This document shows, piece by piece, positions 28,242 through 34,320 of a stretch of DNA of 34,320 bases. The notes beneath the pieces were generated by a model that searched no databases, had not been told where the DNA came from, and worked only from the letters and a program-made list of their open reading frames with translations. Positions within the stretch are counted from its first letter, which is position 1. Every line of letters starts with the position of its first letter. Both the position numbers and the translations under genes were made by a program. Location of the stretch: positions 1-34,320 of the forward strand of contig JAUCBJ010000762.1 in NCBI GenBank assembly GCA_032718475.1. The letters run 5' to 3'. The stretch is from Nemertoderma westbladi. Lineage: Eukaryota; Animalia; Xenacoelomorpha.

Positions 28242-29541
28242 TAAAAATCAGAAAAGTGTAGGACACGATGTTAAATGCAGCTGAACGACACCAACTACAT
28301 TGTATGTATACAAATACTGCTGAAAACGAATCTCCATTTATCCAGCTTTTTAACTATATGTTGGTTTACTGGATATGACCTTGGGTTGGAATTTTATAAC
28401 AGTTTGTTCTACTAGCACTTTGGACCTGGGACATGTGAAACTGTCATTTTGACCATGTTTTTGGCCATATTATGTTCTGCTACGGGAAGACATGATGTCT
28501 GTTTGAGCTGAAATTAACTGTACAGAATCTATGCTTCAGCAGCTTCCATTGAAGCCATCAACCACTTTCTAGAACCGCCATAAACAGAAGTTATGGCTTC
28601 AGGACACCCGTTTGGCCAGCCAATTTTGGTGAGAATGGCCCAGCAGGATATTTATATTCGAAATTAAAACATACAATAACAAAGTAAAAAGAAAACTAAA
28701 ATTGAGGCAGGAATTAAAAAGAGACACTAAGTGAACTGGGTCGGAAATAAAAATATTAAAAGGGGCCTAGAGTTAAGATACGTTGTGGGTCGTATTTATT
28801 CGAGTAAATCGAAAAGCCCGTCAGAGTTACTAGAGTCCACAGTTCCCAGGATAGATGCGGCGTTTACCCATCGGTTTTTAATAAAACCGTATACGTGATT
28901 ATTAGGTCTTACATCTTATTATCTATGCAAAACCCGTAAGTCTTGTTGACTTTACGTTTTTTGCATAAATTTAAGTAGATAATTAGATAGAGCGCATTTT
29001 TTAGACCCAAAAAAGTGCAAATGTCAATTTTGGAAAAATGCGACTCATTGCACGGCAGAATTACTCTTGAGCATTCTTTATAACAGACCTTCGCGCAGCA
29101 CGCGGTTAACGGTCTCATCTGCGCGAGGCGAATTCAGGCTTGGCGCTGAACCGACAGCCTATCCGACATCTTTGTAGATAATTAATAGGAACAAAGTTTA
29201 CAAGTAAAGTTTAATTCCAAATTACACATTTTTCAATATTAATTTCGCCCCAAACGGGATCCCAACGGACATCACGGAACGGCACCCAATTAATACTATG
29301 ATGTGTACCTCAACCAAAGTGTAATATATCAATGTTAACAATTACCGGTACATGGACTTTGAACATCCAAATCTTTATGGGACAGTAAGATAAATTACAA
29401 TATTTTTTTCGTCTTAAATAAGTTTCCGTTCGAAGTTTATTTTTGTTTGTTTTTGGTATTATTACCCTTTATACAGTATTATGTGGAAATTAAATAAGTG
29501 ACATCAAGTGAGACGTGCCGTTACCGAGAAATAGTTGATCT

Positions 29542-31017
29542 TTATAGTGTAGCGGTCTTACGTTTATGGCTAAACCGAAACAGTGGCTTCTGAAATATTT
29601 CTTCTATCTCTTCTAGAGTTCGACCTTTAGTTTCAGGTAAAAATAAATAGACGTACAAACAACCTGCAGCGCCAAGGGCTGCATATAGGGCAAACGCACC
29701 ACCAAGGCCAATGGCATTCTTAAGTGTTATAAAGGTGCTTGTTAGTAGCATATTAGTCAACCAATGAATACTGGTTGCTATGGAGTTTCCTGCGCTACTC
29801 GCCCACATCGGAAATACTTCAGAGTTGATCGCCCACGGTACAGGAGCTAAACCAAATCCAAAGAATGTGGCGTAGGTTGTGAGACCGGTCAGTAGAAGAT
29901 ATGTATAGACGCTAATGGTCGTTTGATTGAAGACCTCATTGAAGCAATCCAAATCGGCGAATTGGCATTGGCCTGCCTTGTATTTGGGGTCGCGTTCTAG
30001 AAGGTATTGTGAAACAGACATTAACGCAGCGCTTAACCAAACGCCCGTGAGACCAATCAGTAACAGAGGCCGCCTACCAATAGAATCCATTAGTGAAATT
30101 CCTATAATTAAGGCAATACCGCTTATAATTAGGATGGGTATTGGCAATCGTATAGACCAATCAGATGACATTCCAACTGTTAGCATTATTGGTATCATAA
30201 AATGGGTTATAGCGGTAATTCCGATGGAATTGTATATAAATTGTATGGCACAACTCGTGATCAGAGCCCGTTGTGCTGGTTTGTATAATATTATATCAAA
30301 GAAACCGCCTTGCTGTGAAGAGTTAATGTTCTCTAGCATTTTGTCGATGTCATCGTCGACGTCTTCTTTATTGACATATTTTCTTAGCACAACAGTTGCC
30401 TCATCTCTCCTGCCCTTCATTAACAGGAACCGGGGGCTTTCTGCCATGAATATAAATCCCACAAACTGAATCGCAGCTGGGACTGCCCCTAGGCCAATCA
30501 TTATTCGCCAACCATATTCTTTATCCTGCAGTCCTGCTGTAACCAATGCGGACGTAATGAATCCCAGTACGACAGTCACCTGTTTGGCCCCTACTAAACG
30601 ACCTCGCAACAAAGGAGGCGACACTTCTGCGACATAAATATGGATGGTAGCCGAGCCCAGACCTAGGCCTACCCCTGATACACAACGACCTATGATAATA
30701 ATGGCAACACCATTTGCGATAGATATAGTGATTGGGCCTAAGCAGAAAGCCACCGCAGATAAAAGCATTACAGGACGTCTCCCTAGAATGTTGTTGAGTT
30801 TGCCACCAACTAGTGCGGCTACAATTGCCATCACTATAGTTGAACTCACTACAAAGGAGTAAGCTGCAGTTGACATTGGGTATGTGTTGTTAATGCTGAC
30901 AGCACCCCCTGACATGATTCCAGAATTGTATCCCATCATAAAACCAGTTAATGTTGCCAACCCAGATATGGCGTAGACTCTAAATGCGATATTAGATTTA
31001 GTTTCATCTTCAGCCAT
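29542..31017 (-). CDS. Intronless MFS sugar-porter family transporter, most similar to proton/myo-inositol cotransporter (HMIT/SLC2A13-like), divergent
   Basis: About 12 hydrophobic segments, LGRRP, YVAEVSPPLLRGRL, ESPRFL, GRRPLLL and LPETKGRTLEEIE. The HMIT-type PVPWAINSEVFPMWA segment and a Cys-containing loop before TM10 are present. Confidence 0.9.
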   Translation of the reverse strand: MAEDETKSNIAFRVYAISGLATLTGFMMGYNSGIMSGGAVSINNTYPMSTAAYSFVVSSTIVMAIVAALVGGKLNNILGRRPVMLLSAVAFCLGPITISIANGVAIIIIGRCVSGVGLGLGSATIHIYVAEVSPPLLRGRLVGAKQVTVVLGFITSALVTAGLQDKEYGWRIMIGLGAVPAAIQFVGFIFMAESPRFLLMKGRRDEATVVLRKYVNKEDVDDDIDKMLENINSSQQGGFFDIILYKPAQRALITSCAIQFIYNSIGITAITHFMIPIMLTVGMSSDWSIRLPIPILIISGIALIIGISLMDSIGRRPLLLIGLTGVWLSAALMSVSQYLLERDPKYKAGQCQFADLDCFNEVFNQTTISVYTYLLLTGLTTYATFFGFGLAPVPWAINSEVFPMWASSAGNSIATSIHWLTNMLLTSTFITLKNAIGLGGAFALYAALGAAGCLYVYLFLPETKGRTLEEIEEIFQKPLFRFSHKRKTATL

Positions 31018-31841
31018 TTTTATTTACGAAATTTATTAATATTTTACGGCTGTACACTTATAATGAATGTGTTTGTAATCCACTCGTCATAAATTAATTC
31101 GCTTTTACATGTATAGTCCAGAAGTTACTGTTGTCTGTACGGGTGGTTTACAGCCACCACCTCTATTGGCAACATTGAAACATTACGCTGCATCTTCCAC
31201 TGGAATAGGATAGTATGTAAATAAGTACTTTATATAACAAATTTTTGACAAAATCGTGACGTTTACACCACGCTTGTTAGATAATAATAGGTATGATGTT
31301 ACTTATTTGCTGGGTACTGTATACTAATATCGTCAACATTATGATTTTGCTTGCTTCAATAGGTGTTCTATGTGGCGGTATTCTACTAATTAGATATGTA
31401 TTTAATTACGGGTGGTATAACCCATCACATCTCCGTATATCAATATTTCTTGTAGTAAGTATTATAGCCAGCATTAACAAACTAAACACACTGTTCAGCA
31501 GGGGTTCTCGGTGTTACACTTATACCCACTTAGCAATGATATTAGGTTCGTGCCGGTTAATATAACAACTCGTATTATTTCCGTGGTAATGTAGGAATTA
31601 TGGCAGATAAGTTAATTCGTGTTGTCAGGGCCTTCTTTATGACTGCAGATACGCCGGTCTACAGTGGACCACAAGTTCGCAAAATCTGATATATTTTGTT
31701 AGGTTTTGGCTTTTACTTAATTAAAATTAAGTACAAATTCAATAGCTAAATACGGCAGCGCAAATAATGTAAAAGAAGTGAGAATAATGTAAATGGAGTG
31801 ATGAATGGGAGATTATTTTAGGCTCATTAAGCCAAGGAATG

Positions 31842-32213
31842 CCGGTGTACAAGGCTGAGATAAGAGTTGTCTCAGCCTGGGCTGAGAACACTCCCCTTAG
31901 GCTGAGATGACTCCCCTTAGGCTGAAATGACTCCCCTTAGGCCGAGATGACTCCCCTTAGGCTGAGATGACTCCCCTAATTAAGTTATAGTTCATATCCG
32001 TACCTGTGTTATTTTCGTATATTGCAAAAATAAGACTGAAACCTATGTTATTGAGATTTCGTTTATTGTTTTGGTTAGAAAAGCCCGCCACTGTAACCTG
32101 CTCCTTTCCGTTAATTAAGAAATCTAGGGAGAAAACTGGGGAGTGTTCTCAGCCTAGGCTGAGAGACTGGGGAGTCATATTTGACGGGGAGTTATCTCTA
32201 CCTGATACACCGG
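31842..32213. mobile_element. MITE-like inverted-repeat element with an internal 20-bp tandem repeat (GCTGAGATGACTCCCCTTAG x ~5)
   Basis: Ends CCGGTGTA...TACACCGG. CTCAGCCTGGGCTGAGAACACTCCCC (31871-31896) pairs with 32138-32163 with 1 mismatch. Tandem units at ~31881-31980. No TSD identified. Confidence 0.7.
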
Positions 32214-32413
32214 TTCACCACCATGGGTGATCTTCCACAGTAAACCCTTCCACTTTGTTTCCAAAGTTGCTTTGGTAAATGGAGTGATAATAATGTAGTT
32301 GATTGCTTAATAGGCGAGTCAATCTAGCCGAAAAAGGGGCTCAACCCATAACAAATTCGCAATTCATCAAAACCAATTTTTTTGTATTCTACATTACCTT
32401 AACATTAATACCC

Positions 32414-33227
32414 CCAAAAAAGTCTATAAAAATATATTATGCGGATCACCTTCAATTTCCTGTTTCTTTCCTTAGCAACATGGATTTTACATAGCAACAA
32501 GGGGTCTATTGGTTGGATTTTCTCGAAATTTGGTACAGACAAACTTTACTCTAATGACTATCGATTGACTGAAGTATGCACTTCTAGATAGTTACCAATT
32601 TAGTTTCCAGAGCAACGGAAATTTGTGTAATAATGTAACCATTTTAAATAGCAATTTTGCTGGTACAATATAAGGACCTTATTTACACAACTTCTCTACT
32701 AAACGGGTGGATGTAACCTCGCCCATCGGATTTATCGACCTCAAAAACCCTTATCACCAAAAAATTTATTTGTTATAAGATAAACTATTGTAGTTTTCAT
32801 ACTAAAACAAATAAATAAATTACACCTAAAATCAATAGAGCAATCATAATTTAATTATGTGAAAAATCTTCACTAACATTAATGGAAATTATGGAATTTC
32901 CTTGCAGTGGAATTGTATAATTTTTTTACAACGGTTACCTTAATATATCGTGAAGTTTTTGATATATTTAAAAATTGGATGCGACTTCTAGTTTCCGAGA
33001 TATAGCAATTAGCCAATTAATATGTAACACGCCAGTGTAAATATTACTAAATTCCCATTAAATCACAGCTTATTGTGAAATTAATTAAATTATTCTGGAA
33101 CATCACCAATTTGCTACTTACTTTTCTCTACTGTTCCTTTTGTTTGGCCTGTGTTATGCAAATTTACGCAGAATTTCCATGAATAAACATATGATCCGCA
33201 AAATAAAATTTTATAGACTTTTTTTGG
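32414..33227. mobile_element. Probable non-autonomous DNA transposon, ~0.8 kb, with ~35-bp imperfect TIRs
   Basis: CCAAAAAAGTCTATAAAAATATATTATGCGGATCA (32414-32448) is inverted at 33192-33227. Interior is AT-rich and non-coding. Confidence 0.65.
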
Positions 33228-33242
33228 TCAATAACAGGGTAA

Positions 33243-34197
33243 ACTCTCACCAGATGGTGAAACTGAGTTTTTCTCAATCCTGGCTGGCGTACTGCAAGGT
33301 GACACATTAGCACCATTACTATTTGTAATTGTGCTGGATTACGCAATGAGGACGGCCACAAAGGGTGAAGATCTGGGATTCACACTTCAAGAACGCAGAA
33401 GTAGTAGATATCCGGCAACCACAGTCACAGACACCGACTTTGCGGATGACATCGCCCTGCTCTCTAATACGCTAGCAGATGCACAGCTTCTACTAAATAA
33501 AGTGGAGAGGGCTGCTAAGGAGGTTGGATTGCATATAAATGCTACCAAGACCGAATTCATGACCTTTAATGTTGATGGAAACTTGACAACCATTGATAAT
33601 AATCAACTAAGGCTTTTTTAACTAATGACTTCCAGTACCTTGGATCATGGATAGAGAGTAGCAAAAAGGACATAGAAGTTAGGAAAGCAAAGGCTTGGGT
33701 AGCTCTATCAAAAATGGATACCATCTGGAAATCAGATCTCTCCAGGCACCTGAAGACTAAGTTCTTTCGAGCCACAGTGGAAAGTGTATTTTTATACGGG
33801 GGTGAGACCTGGACACTGACTAAATCACTTGAACAACGAATTGATGGTTGCTACACAAGACTACTAAGGGCAGCCCTAAACATCAGCTGGAGACAACACA
33901 TGACAAACGCCGAGCTTTATGGTACAATACCATCCTGTATCAACCACCCTCCGTGAACGCAGATTAAGATTCAGTGGGCACTGCTGGCGAAGTAAAGACG
34001 AGGTCATACCAGATCTACTTCTCTGGCAACCAACTCATGGAAAGCGTAGTCGTGGATGACCGGCCATAACATATATAGATCAACTTGAAAAGGATACTGA
34101 ACTTGGGAGAAACGAAATTGCGACAACTATGGAGAATCGGGAAGCCTGGAAGGATCTCATTTCCACTGTCCGAGTTCGCTCGACCTAGTAGTAGTAG
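33243..34197 (+). mobile_element. 5'-truncated, inactive RTE-like LINE (3' part of RT plus C-terminus) with (TAG)4 tail and 11-bp TSD
   Basis: SPDGETEFF..GVLQGDTLAPLLF, DFADDIALLS, DFQYLGSW, FLYGGETW, RRLRFSGHCWR..LLWQP. Frameshifts near 33615 and 33933, in-frame TGA at 34057. Flanks TAACAGGGTAA (33232-33242) and TAACAAGGTAA (34198-34208). Confidence 0.93.
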
Positions 34198-34320
34198 TAA
34201 CAAGGTAATATAGAATCTAATGTGGTTCGGATTGATTGCGAAATACTTATGGGTTTTTTGCTAGATTGACTCGACTATAACTCCTTTCTATGGAAGGAGT
34301 TAAAATAATGTTCGACAAAT

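Noticed and set aside
31293-31565. 90-aa hydrophobic ORF as a membrane protein
   Set aside because: AT-rich sequence readily yields Ile/Leu-rich ORFs. No recognisable motif or splice support.
33331-33956. Functional reverse transcriptase gene
   Set aside because: 5'-truncated, with two frameshifts and an in-frame stop. A dead LINE copy.

Overview
Eukaryotic, probably invertebrate animal, genomic DNA (inferred from GT-AG introns, animal-type genes and non-LTR retrotransposons). It holds three intact, intron-poor genes: a lysosomal Pro-X carboxypeptidase (PRCP-like, 3 exons, + strand), coatomer alpha (COPA, 2 exons, + strand) and an intronless, divergent HMIT/SLC2A13-like sugar porter (- strand). 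About a third of the window is tandem repeat: two (GTA/GTG)n arrays (at least 5.2 kb, and 0.66 kb) and a 5.7 kb minisatellite of ~229 in-register 25-bp units. Most poly-V/S/T and 25-aa-repeat ORFs in the track are artefacts of these repeats. Mobile DNA includes a 5'-truncated RTE-like LINE ending in (TAG)4 with a probable TSD, a CRE-like restriction-like-endonuclease fragment, a CR1/L2-like 3' relic and several MITE-like inverted-repeat elements. The most interesting leads are all unproven: (i) most units of the 25-bp array carry a let-7 seed match on one strand, a possible miRNA sponge; (ii) the LINE's stop-codon tail is the same motif and strand as the giant microsatellites; (iii) the transporter has lost canonical proton-coupling and sugar-binding residues; (iv) a compact four-hairpin cluster has two cUUCGg loops next to a T-run. 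No CRISPR, tRNA or rRNA is supported.
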